Below are positions 12,001 to 22,300 of a stretch of 64,000 nt of DNA, piece by piece. Numbering within the stretch: the stretch's first letter is position 1; each line of letters starts with the position of its first letter. The translations under genes and the position numbers were made by a program. The DNA is from Callorhinchus milii. Its lineage: Eukaryota. The stretch covers positions 15,810,001-15,874,000 of the forward strand of contig NW_024704755.1 of the NCBI RefSeq assembly GCF_018977255.1, written 5' to 3'. The notes under the pieces are model-generated. The model was not told the DNA's origin and ran no database searches. It was given only the letters and a program-made list of their open reading frames with translations.

Positions 12001-14314
12001 GTAGACCAGCAATGGCAGACGTTTAAGGAGATAGTGCAAAATCCCCAGCGAGCACGTATTCCTTTGAGGAATAAGAATGCCACGGGAAAGGTGGCCCAAC
12101 CGTGGCTAACTGGAGCAGTTAGGGAAAGTATAAAGTTAAAGGAAGAAGCCTATAAAACAGCTAAGATAAGTAGTAAACCCGAGGATTGGGAGAACTTTAG
12201 GGATCAACAAAGGAGAACCAAAAAAGTGATTAAGAGGGAGAAAATGGAATATGAGGGCAAACTAGCGAAGAACATAAAGACAGACTGTAAGAGTTTTTAC
12301 AAATATATAAAGAGGAAGAGGCTGTCAAGGGTAAATGTGGGTTCGCTACAGGCAGAGACGGGCGGAATTATAGTAGGGAACAAAGACATGACAGAGTCAT
12401 TAAACAAGTACTTTGCTACTGTCTTCACCTTAGAAGACACTGAAAACCTACCAAGAATAGAGGGGAACCAAGAAGACAATGTTAGCGAGCAACTTGGAGG
12501 AATTAATATTAGTAAAGAAATGGTTTTAGGTAAATTATCAGGTCTTAAAACTGATAAATCTCCTGGACCTGATGGCCTACATCCTAGGGTTTTAAAAGAG
12601 GTGGCTACTGAGATAGTGGATGGCTTGTCTTTGATCTTCCAAAATTCTCTGGATTCTGGAACGGTTCCCATTGATTGGAAGATTGCAAACGTAACACCAC
12701 TATTTAAGAAGGGTGGGAGAGAAAAGATGGGGAACTATAGACCAGTTAGTCTGACATCAGTAGTAGGGAAAATTCTTGAGTCCTTAATTAAAGATGTCGT
12801 TATGGGATTCCTGGAAGACCATAACAAGATTAGGCAGAGTCAACATGGCTTTACAAAAGGGAAGTCATGCTTAACTAATCTTTTAGAGTTTTTTGAAGAT
12901 GTATCTGCAGGTTAGATAGGGGAGAACCAGTAGATGTAGTATATTTAGATTTTAAAAAGGCATTTGACAAAGTGCCACACAAAAGGCTATTGCACAAGGT
13001 TAAGGCCCATGGGATTAATGGGAACATATTAGCATGGATTGAAGAGTGGCTAATGGGTAGAAAACAGAGAGTAGGGATAAACGGGTCATTCTCGAATTGG
13101 CAGGATGTGACTAGTGGAGTGCCACAAGGATCAGTGCTTGGGCCTCAGCTATTTACAATTTACATCAATGATCTAGACGAGGACATTGAATGTAACATAT
13201 CTAAATTCGCGGATGACACTAAACTCGGTGGGAGAGTAAGCTCTGAGGATGATGCAAAAAGATTGCAACGGGATATAGATAGGCGAGGGGAGTGGGCAAG
13301 TAGGTGACAGATGGAATTTAATATGGGAAAGTGTGAAGTTATTCAGCTAGGTAGCAAAAATAGGAAAACAGATTATTTTCTAGAGAGGGAGAGATTAGAT
13401 AGTGTTAGAGTGCAGAGGGATTTGGGTGTCCTTGTACACCAATCTCAAAAAGTTAGTTTGCAGGTGCAGCAGCAACTAAGAAGGCGAACGGCATGTTAGC
13501 ATTCATTGTAAAAGGTTTAGAGTACAAGAGTAGGGAAGTCTTGCTGCAATTGTATAGGGCCTTGGTGAGACCGCACCGAGAGTATTGTGTGCAGTTTTGG
13601 TTTCCTTATTTAAAAAAGGACATACTTGCCCTGGAGGGGGTGCAGAGTAGATTCATTCGGTTAGTTCCTGGGATGAGGGGATTGACCTATGAGGATAGGC
13701 TGAATAAACTAGGGCTGTATTCTCTAGAGTACAGAAGAATTAGGGGAGATCTTATTGAAACATATAAGATTCTTAAAGGGTGGAATAAAGTAGACACTGA
13801 GGGTTTGTTTCCCCTGGTAGGAGAATCTATAACCAGGGGTCACAGTCTTAAGATTAAGGGTCAGCCTTTTAGAACAGAGTTGAGGAAACATTTCTTCACT
13901 CAGAGGGTAGTGAATTTATGGAATTCACTCCCCCAGAAGTGTGTAGATGCTCAGTCCTTGAACATCTTCAAGGCTGAGACTGATAGATTTTTAAAAAATA
14001 GGGATTAGGGGATATGGGGATAGGGCAGGTAATAAGAGTGAGGTCTGAAGATTAGCCATGATCTTATCGAATGGCGGGGCACAGGCTCAAGGGGCCGAAT
14101 GGCCTACTCCTGCTCCTAATTCTTATGTTCTTATGTTCTTATATGGGTATTTTCAATGATATTTCTGATTTTTTTGCAAAGAGAGCAAACTAACTAAATT
14201 ACCAATCCTTGCCTGTTACAGACCATGCAAGGGGCAGCTGGTAACAACCTCACATATGCTACTCTTCATTTTTCTGACTCCAAGACAACACAAAAAATAT
14301 TCACCGTGAAGTAA
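3040..14314 (+). CDS. Gene 1: inhibitory-type V-C1-TM IgSF receptor with ITIM/ITSM tail (SIRP/NKp30/NITR-like architecture), about 383 aa as assembled
   Basis: Exons with canonical GT-AG and consistent phases: leader 3040-3094 ([18 protein letters not shown]), V 3275-3580 ([20 protein letters not shown]), C1 5567-5878 (C..FYPE..W..YTC), TM 8462-8575 ([33 protein letters not shown]), cyt1 9694-9737, cyt2 9992-10102 (VTYITL, TVYAK|I), cyt3 11033-11149 (QVYATL, IEYTAV), cyt4 14222-14337. Cyt4 keeps LTYATL but is 116 nt versus 117 in paralogs, giving TAA at 14312-14314. Confidence 0.85.
3275..3580 (+). CDS. Gene 1 V-type Ig exon (phase 1-1, J-like G strand)
   Basis: ttctgacag acceptor and TG|gtaagt donor; matches ORF 3286..3678; two Cys, [19 protein letters not shown]. 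Confidence 0.92.
4040..4650. mobile_element. Back-to-back L2 3' fragments in gene 1 V-C1 intron (4040-4345 minus, 4345-4650 plus)
   Basis: [32 protein letters not shown] on the plus strand; L2 tail on the minus strand. Confidence 0.75.
5567..5878 (+). CDS. Gene 1 C1-set Ig exon
   Basis: ttattgcag acceptor and TAG|gtagga donor; [21 protein letters not shown]; 312 nt. Confidence 0.92.
6225..6675 (+). mobile_element. L2 3' fragment; similar minus-strand fragments at about 32330-32610, 46480-46700 and 52365-52600
   Basis: [36 protein letters not shown] and tail GTGAAAGGGGCTATACTAATG(TTG)n. Confidence 0.8.
7295..7690 (+). mobile_element. Long Deu-domain-type SINE
   Basis: tRNA-like head, central CATTGTCAGAGGTGACATCCTTCGGATGAGAGATTAAACCAAGATCCCGTCTGCCTG segment resembling the Deu domain (recognised from memory), and (ATT)n tail. 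Confidence 0.65.
8735..9365. repeat. Compound (CA)/(TA) microsatellite with two N gaps (8939-9072, 9157-9317)
   Basis: Direct reading of the sequence. Confidence 0.95.
11525..14142 (+). mobile_element. 5'-truncated CR1/L3 LINE (ORF2 endonuclease C-part + RT) in gene 1 intron
   Basis: ORFs 11502-14008 contain [39 protein letters not shown]. Stops at 11982, 12913 and 13305 plus a frameshift. 3' tail (TTCTTATG)x3. Absent at the same site in genes 3 and 5. Confidence 0.95.
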
Positions 14315-14947
14315 ATGCAGTGTATACCGAGATACAGGTGAGAAAGAACTCAGAGTAATCTACGGGGAGCTAAGACCTAATGTCACAATTTTATAAACCA
14401 ATTTTAGTATATTGGTTATATTCTCTGTCATAGCGACTCAGCTCACTCACACCAATATTGTGCTGCTAGTACATCACCAGTATTTCCAGAGAAAATTGCA
14501 GTTCAAGAATCATAGAATAATGCCAGAGAAGCAAAACAGACCATTCTTCCCAAACCAAGCTGTGTGAATGCTTTTTCCACACCAATTAGCCCAATCTAAA
14601 ACTTCTATTCGCTCACCAATCCACTGAGTTTCTCACTCTTTAAGAATCTGTCCTTCCCATTTCTTCGTTTACAGAGAAATAAAACTTTGTGCCCATACTT
14701 TGCGTGAAGAATTTTTCTAACACCAATTTTTCAGTTTTCAATTTTTATGATTATCCTAAATTTGTTCCCTCTACTAACTGACCAGCTGTGTTTTGCTCCA
14801 CACAGTTAAGCCAATCTAATTTTCCTGCTTGCTCCCCAACCCCATGCCTTGACTTTTACCTAGAACTACACTTACAAAACTATCAGTATTTTATCAAAGT
14901 TGGACAAAAGGATAAACTAACAATGTTCCCGAACATTGGCTTTACAG

Positions 14948-15135
14948 GCTAATCAAGGGGCAGCTTAGCAGCTGACATATGATGCTTTAGAATTTTCTGC
15001 CTCCAAGAAAACAGGAAAATCTGAACACGATGACAAGAATACAGAGTAAGCCAAGTCATGGGCAAGAAAATCGAAAGGAGCAATAGAGGCCATCTTGATG
15101 AAACAGGATCCACAATGATATGTTTGGAAGCTGAT
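14948..15135 (+). pseudogene. Degenerate terminal cytoplasmic exon (cyt5) of gene 1
   Basis: Homologous to 38699-38902 and 58151-58354, but has TAG at 14966-14968, YAAL changed to YDAL, and the TEY tyrosine codon changed to TAA at 15047-15049. Confidence 0.85.
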
Positions 15136-16306
15136 TAGTGTACAGTACAATGTTAGTCATTCCATACAATGTGGAGTAATGAATTGCATCCGTCAAACAC
15201 AACTGTAGTTACATGTGGGCTTTAAATATTTTAGGTGGTTTCTTGTAGAAAAGTAATCCTTCTTAAATTTATTTTTGGATTTAAGTACTAATGATGTTTT
15301 ATATTTATCTGATAATGTCATTAGACCTATCTGGCGAATTTTTTAATTCAGAAATGGTCATTTATACCACAATAAACAATCCTCAAAAACACAAACCATA
15401 ATCAGCTTAAATAAGTTTGGCGTCATATTGTATCGCGCTTTATCACCTTTTTTAAAGATATGCCGTATCATTTTTTGTGAACCTTTTCAATAAAGAACAA
15501 TCTGAAGCAGAAGTCGTGTGATTTCTCCATTAATCACATTGTTTTTTCAATATTCAGCAAGGGTGGTATGAGTTAGCTTCAAATCTGGTGAATAAAATAT
15601 CAAAGTGGCTCAAAATTGATCAATTCATCCTTCAGCAGTGGAAAGATTGAGGTGTGGGTGTTCTACCCATGAAGTATCTGTTAAAATGTACTGGACAGGA
15701 AGTAATTGGGCTTTCAACCTGTTGTTTTTGTGGTTTGTGATATTCACACTAAATGATTCCATTACAAGTGTCTCATGCTCTCGGACTGAATGTAGAGTGT
15801 GGTTTTATGAACTTTTCTCCACCATTAGCGGTTTCTGCATTATTCAGCATGTAGGCGGCTGCAGCTATCAGGCCTGAATTCTACCTATTGTCAATCTTTA
15901 AGACTAATATATTTTTACAATGTAAGATTAATATGCATTACAACGTGTAGACATTGCGACACATAATCAGTTTTAATGTGAAAGTCATTTCTTGTTAAGG
16001 ATTACTGGAAACTATCTTCCATTACTGTATTGAAGAATCTTGAATGTTAATATCAATCTAAGTGGAATTTCAAACCTAAAGTTTCAGGATTAACATAATC
16101 AATGACAAGTGCTGACACTTCAATAATCAACTCATTCTGCACATCTTCTGCACGTGTTCTCTTTCATTATCTGTGCACTATACTGGACTCCACAGTGGGT
16201 TCACTTTGAACTCAAATCCCTTCTGTTAAGTTGTCTGACACTTCTTTCAGATCTAAATACAGTGGGCCTGGTTTTGTATTACCTATTACCTGTGCTACTG
16301 TGTGGA

Positions 16307-16633
16307 GTCCTGTAGCTCAGTGGTTAGAGCACTCGCTTTGCAAGCGAGAGACCTGAGTTCAATTCCAGGCAGAGGGCGAAACCTTGAGCAAGTTTCCTTA
16401 CTCCACACAGAGCCTAATAATAATCCCTCCAAAACCAAAAACAATAATAAATTGGTCATTTTCAATCTACGACTGTTTGTGGGACATCGCTGTGCGCAAT
16501 TGGCTGCCGCGTTCGCCCACAAATATACAGTCAATTCACTTTACAGTGTGTTCTGTGAAGCATTTTGGGACGTCCTCCGGACGTGAAAACCGCTATATCA
16601 AATGCAAGGATTATTATTATTATTATTATTATT
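16307..16633 (+). mobile_element. Short tRNA-derived SINE with L2-like 3' tail
   Basis: Head TAGCTCAGTGGTTAGAGCAC (A box) and GTTCAATTCC (B box); body ends GACGTGAAAACCGCTATATCAAATGCAAGG(ATT)n. Confidence 0.85.
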
Positions 16634-17398
16634 GAAATGCTTCCTGCTTTAGCAGTAGATTTAGGACACAATGGTCCTGGATAACATTCCAGTATATTGC
16701 TGGGGGGGGGGGAATGCTGCAATAATGCAGCATTAAGGTGACGTCATTCGGATGAGACTCTAGGAAGTTTACTCTGTCGATTCTGCAAGTTAATGATCTT
16801 ATTACTTCATTCCTGAAAAAAAGAAGCTTCTGCTTAGTTGTCAATCATCTTATGGCTGTTTGTAGAATTTTGCTGTGCACAAAATTGCTGTCACATGTGT
16901 TTACAAAATACAGTCACTATATTTAACATTAATTCGTGTAAATCCTTTGTGGCTTGTCGACTCCATAGCTGCTATAAAAAGGAAAGTGTTTTTTCTGCGT
17001 AAGCAATATCTCCCCCTCCTACGCCCCACATAAGGATGAGATGTTCTAAACCAAAGGGCCAAATTTGATAGGGAAAGAAAAGGAGACAGCAATGGAATGG
17101 TGTGTGACTCTCGCACAAACCAGAAACAGAAAAGGGTGAGGAAACGCAGGGGAGAAAGTAGAAAGGTGAAGGATATCGACACGGTTTAAAGTTGTTGAAA
17201 TAAATACAATTTTTAGTACTAATAAGCAAAGAAAAACATTAAAATGTGATTATTTCTATGAAGACCTATGCTACATAGTTGGGAGGAAAGGTACAACACG
17301 CCCATGTGATATTGGGCGGGTCAGGCAGCACCTATGGAGAAAGGAAAATGAGTCAAACTTTCGGGTCCACGACCCTTCATCAGAATTGGGGCCTGACG

Positions 17399-17437
17399 GA
17401 GTTCTGACGAAGGGTCGTGGACACGAAACGTTGACTC
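17399..17437 (+). ncRNA. Hammerhead ribozyme motif; an inverted second copy lies at 17351-17386 (-)
   Basis: GAGTT CTGACGA AGGGTC GTG GACAC GAAAC GTT GACTC; the minus copy reads CTGATGA AGGGTC GTG GACCC GAAAGTTTGACT. Confidence 0.6.
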
Positions 17438-19859
17438 ACGTTCCTTTCTCCATAGATGCTGCCTGACCTGCTGAGTGATCCCAGCGACTTCTGTTTTTGT
17501 TTTCGGATTTCCAGCATCTGAAGTATTTTGTGTCCCGTGTGATATTTCATGTTTAATAACCTGTTGCGGGGGCCGCACAGCTGTGAACTTGATTTTCAGT
17601 ATTCAGGGCTTCTTCTATGTATACAAAACCACTTGTGAAACGTACTTTTTTCGCATCTCATACCCATCTGCTCAAACAGCTTTCATTTAACACAACGAAC
17701 CAATCGTATAACACGCAGCTTTACAGACCACGTGAGGAACATTTGGAAACATGTTGATGTCTCTGGTACAGAGAGAGCGTTTGTAAAGCAGATGAAAAGC
17801 TGAACAGAAGCAGAAATACTCCGAATTAAGAGAGCGCGGAATTAGCAGAACAGAGAGAAACGCAGCGCTGCACACAAAAACCAAAGTGAAATAACCATTA
17901 ATAATATGTTATTAAAATGTACAATTAAGTACTCTGAAACCTTTTCTTGTAACATCCTTCATGTTGTCACCTATTTATTCGCATCCTCTACTGAACACGC
18001 GACACAGTGTTGGGTTACAGCTCTTTGGGTATCAGCAAATACATCGCAAACTGACCATTCATTGCGGCTGAACATATGTTATTCTTCTCCTGTTTTACGT
18101 GTTCCCGACTGGGAATTTTCCACCTGAGGAGACATTGCAATAAGTTTAGTAATTTTAAAAAGTTTTACAATGAGTATTGTTTTACAGAAGCCTTTACCGG
18201 AAAACTGATTCTATAATTTAAACATATTTCTGCCGCGTTCTCAACTTATTTTAATATGTTAACATTTGCAGTTGGTGTTCAGTCTGAACCTAATGATTGA
18301 GCTCCTAAACATAGAGCAGGAAATTGAAACGGAACCATAGCGGCTGACGCTTTTCTTACAACCACATGGACTGTCCTCGCCATTGGCTTAAGGTTTCGTC
18401 CACTGAAACCCATTTGTCTCTGAAGCAAAAAACATTTGCGATCAATGAATTCCGTTAACTCTTATGCCGTGTTCACCTTGTCTATGAGGTTAATTGAGAT
18501 ACGAGTTTGGAAACCGCAATCTGTTGCTGCAGAGACAACTGATCAACTGAACTGAGTTTACTCTTAAACCTCAATTGTTACCATTCATTTATCACAATAT
18601 TATCACAATGCTCTCCCACTCCCCATCTATTTATTTCCATTCGGCCCTGAACACTCCACCGAACAATGGTCACGATATCTTGGTTGCCCAGTATCACAGT
18701 TATTGATTATAATTATTGTCTATGTGTTCCTCTCATCAAGAGCGTATGCAGCTTTCAACTTCATATCTAGATTTATTTTGTTGATTTATGTTAATGTTTC
18801 TTTCACTTCAATAATGAACTGCAGGAGGACTGCAAAGCTATAGAATACTACTACAGAATTGTTTAATCTGCAGAAAGTTTCAGTTCTGCATTAATTCGTC
18901 CCATCACCAGCTGCCCAATAGTGATAGCAATGATCATAATCCTCCCATTTGATCAATGTTTTATCATGCGGACAAAGCGCTTCACTGGATTTAATGTGAT
19001 GACACTTTAGCCAATTTGCGCACAGCAAAATCCCACAAACAGATCTATAATAAATTATCATATTTACCTCGGGATGTTTGGCAAGGACACTGAGAAAATC
19101 GTTTTTTTCTGCGGTAGGGACGTAGGATACTTTACGCCCACATGGACAGGCAAACAGAACATCGGGTAAAACTTTCTCCCATAAGAGGATGTTCTGAAAG
19201 TACTCATGACAAGGTTGAACCCATCATCTTCTGACTCAGCGGCCAGAGTGCTGAGCCAAGCTGACGCTTATTCCCCATCCTTGCATTTAATATTGTGCCT
19301 TTATGGTGTTGAAACGTTTCAAAACGCATTGCTGTCAAGTTGAATGACACTATTTGCAAGCAAGCAAGCTAATTTGACACTATTTGCAAGCAAACTGATT
19401 TTCATTTGCAGAGAAAATGCACAGTTGATTCGCCCACAAATATACGGTCAATTCACTTTATAGTCTATTCTGTGAAGCGCTTTGAGAAGACGAGAAGATG
19501 TGAAAAAGCGCTATATCAAATGCAAGGATTATTATTTCCTGCAGGATCGAGTCTTGGAGCGCTTAACAGTGTAAGAACCTGACGCCCAGCGAAGGGGTTG
19601 TCTAACGGTCGTCACTGTCGAACAAGAAGATGTGAATGGGGAAGAAGGAGCAACAACAACAACTTGCATTTATATAGCGCTCCTCAAGCAAAGTAGCGTC
19701 TGAGAGCGCTTGACTGTGGCGGAGGACGATAGAAGGAGGAGCCAGATGGAGGGAATGAAGGCGTGTGTTGCAAGGTTTCGGGGAGAATCCTCAAAAGCAG
19801 ACTGCCAATGGTGGAGCACTCTCAGATGGATACAGGCTAAATTGTTGCAGGCTAAGGAC

Positions 19860-20439
19860 TCAGGTCCTCTCCCTGACCTGCTCCTCAGATACATTGACGA
19901 CTGTGCTGTGGCTACTTACTGCTCTAGCAGTGAGCTGGAAAAATTCACCAATAACACAACCAAATTTCAACCCTCCATAACATTCACATGGTCCATCTCT
20001 GACTCTTCCACTTCCTCTACCTCACCATATCCATCTCAGGCATAAATTATCAACAGATATATTTTACAAGTCTACCAATTCCCATAGTGACAAGGACTAC
20101 ACCTCCTCCCACCTTCTGTAAAGGCTCCATTCCCTTTTCCCATTCCTCTGCTTCTGCTGCATCTGTTCTGACAATGCCACCTTTCACACCAGAGCATCTG
20201 AATTGTCTTCCTTTTTCCTTAGCCGAGGATTCCCATCCAATGTAGTAGGCAGGGTGTCCTCCCTATTTCCCACACCTCTGCGCCCACCCCTCCCTTCTTT
20301 TCACAGAAATGTGATAGGGTCCCCCTTGTCCTCACTTTCCACCGCACCAGCATCAACTTCCAACAAATAATTCTCCACCATTTCCGGCACCTCCAGCGTG
20401 ATCCAACCACTAAACAAATCTTCCCCTCACATTTCCTTT
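19860..20439 (+). mobile_element. Penelope-like element RT fragment (unit A), interrupted by the L2/SINE block
   Basis: LRYIDDCAVA..FTWSISDSS, followed by degenerate sequence homologous to 43330-43900; 3' part resumes at about 22310-22650. Confidence 0.8.
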
Positions 20440-21970
20440 CAACAACAACAACAAGATTCCATTTATAGAGCGCCTTTCACGTCGGAAGGACGTCCCAAGG
20501 CGCTGGTCAGTTGGGTCAGGACTCAAGCAGGGGGGATATGGTCAGGGTGAGGGGAGGGGAGCGAGGGAGCGAGGAATGGGTAGAGAGTCGAGAGGGGAGC
20601 TGAAGGCGCGGTCAAAGAGAAAGGTCTTGAGACCGGCCTTGAAGGAGGAAAGGGAGGAAGCAAGACAAAGGCACTGGGGGATGGAGTTCCAGAGCCCAGG
20701 GGCTGAGAGGCTGAAGGCCCGGCCAATGATGGTAGGGCAGTTGGGACGGGGGATGTGGAGTAGACCGGAGGCAGAGGAACGGAGAGTATGGGCAGGTAGG
20801 TAGGGGGATAGTAGGTCGGAGAGGTAGGAGGGAGCAAGGCCGTGAATGGCCTTGTAGGTGAGGATGAGGGTCTTGAATTCAATCCTCTGGGGGATGGGGA
20901 GCAGTGGAGGTGAGCGAGGGTGGGAGTGATGTGGTCACAAAGCCTGGTGCGGGACTCTACAGGAGCTGCAGAGTTCTGAATGACCTGCAGCTTGTGGAGG
21001 GATGTGCCGGAAAGGCCGGCGAGGAGACAGATCCCGTAGTCCAGCCTTGAGGTGATAAAGGCATGGACCAGAGTTTCAGCAGCATAAGGGGTGAGGTAGT
21101 GCCGTAGTCTGGCGATATTTTGGAGATGATGGAAGGCGGTGCAAGTTGTGGAGTGGATATGAGGAAGAAAGAACAGCTCAGGGTTGAACAGAACGCCGAG
21201 GTTCCTGATGGCTTTGAGAGGTGGAGAGTGCAGCCTTGGATGCTGATGCTGTCAGCGTTTGAGGTGCGGAGGCACCGATGTGAGCCAATCAGGAGGGCCT
21301 CAGTTTTGCGCACGTTGAGCTGAAGAAAGTTGTCTCTCGTCCAGGACTCGATGTCGGACAGGCAGGCTGTCAGGACATCGGTGGTCGTGGAGTTGAGGGT
21401 AGAGGAAGAATGCAGAGTTGGGTGTCATCCGCATACATGTGGAAGTTAACCCCATGTCTGCGGATGATATCACCAAGGGGGAGCATATAGAGGGTGAAGA
21501 GGAGGGGACTGAGGACAGAGCCCTGAGGGACACCGCACGAGACAGTGCGGGGGCTGGAGGAAAAGCCGATTGTGGAAACAAAATGGAGACGGTGGGAGAG
21601 GTACAACCTAAACCACTCAAGGACAGGGCCTTGAAGGTTGAGGTGGGAGGACAAGCGATGCAGGAGGATAGAGTGGTTGACCGTATCGAATGCTGCCAAT
21701 AGGTCGAGGAGGACGAGGAGGCAGAGGGAGCCCTGGTCGCAGATGGTCAAGATGTTATTTGTGACCTTGACCAGGATGGTTTCCGGGCAGCATGGAAACC
21801 CGACTGAAGGGGTTCGAATAATGCATGGGTGGAGAGGAAAGAGCGCAGCTGGGAGGCGACAACTCTTTCAAGGAACTTGGACAGGAAGCGGAGGTTGGAG
21901 ATGGGCCGGTAGCTTGATAGCTGCGATGCACCAAGGGAGGGCTTTTTCAAAGTGGGAGTGATGGCAGTGC
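20440..21970 (-). mobile_element. 5'-truncated L2-clade LINE, decayed RT
   Basis: Minus-strand ORFs [41 protein letters not shown]; tail GTGAAAGGCGCTCTATAAAT..(GTT)n at 20440-20500. Confidence 0.92.
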
Positions 21971-21971
21971 A

Positions 21972-22300
21972 GTCCTGTAGCTCAGTGGTTAGAGCACTCG
22001 CTTTGCAAGTGAGAGACCTGAGTTCAATTCCAAGCAGGTCAGGGCGAAACCTTGGACAAGTTTCCTTACTCCACACAGAGCCTAATAATAATCCCTCCAA
22101 AACCAAAAACAATAATAAATTGGTCATTTTCAATCTACAACTGTTTGTGGGACACTGCTGTGCGCAATTCGCTGCCGCGTTCGCCCACAAATGTACAGTC
22201 AATTCACTTTACAGTATGTTCTGTGAAGACCTTTGGGAGGTCCTCCCGACGTGAAAAGCGCAATATCAAATGCAAGGATTATTATTATTATTGTTATTAT
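21972..22300 (+). mobile_element. Short tRNA-derived SINE, near-identical to the 16307 copy
   Basis: Same head, body and tail; abuts the 5' end of the truncated L2. Confidence 0.85.

Noticed and set aside
16307-16380. tRNA-Ala(TGC)/Thr(TGT)-like genes at 16307, 21972, 24250-24324 and 40095
   Set aside because: Each runs directly into a shared SINE body and (ATT)n tail with no T-run terminator and an imperfect acceptor stem; treated as SINE heads.
17687-17900. Minus-strand leader-like ORF (MVISLWFLCAALRFSLFC*) repeated at about 41100 and 60500
   Set aside because: It stops after 18 codons, and every downstream exon I tried on the minus strand contained stops; no gene model could be built.
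20523-21702. Pro/Ser-rich and Gly/Arg-rich ORFs on both strands
   Set aside because: Off-frame or antisense translations of the L2 element.
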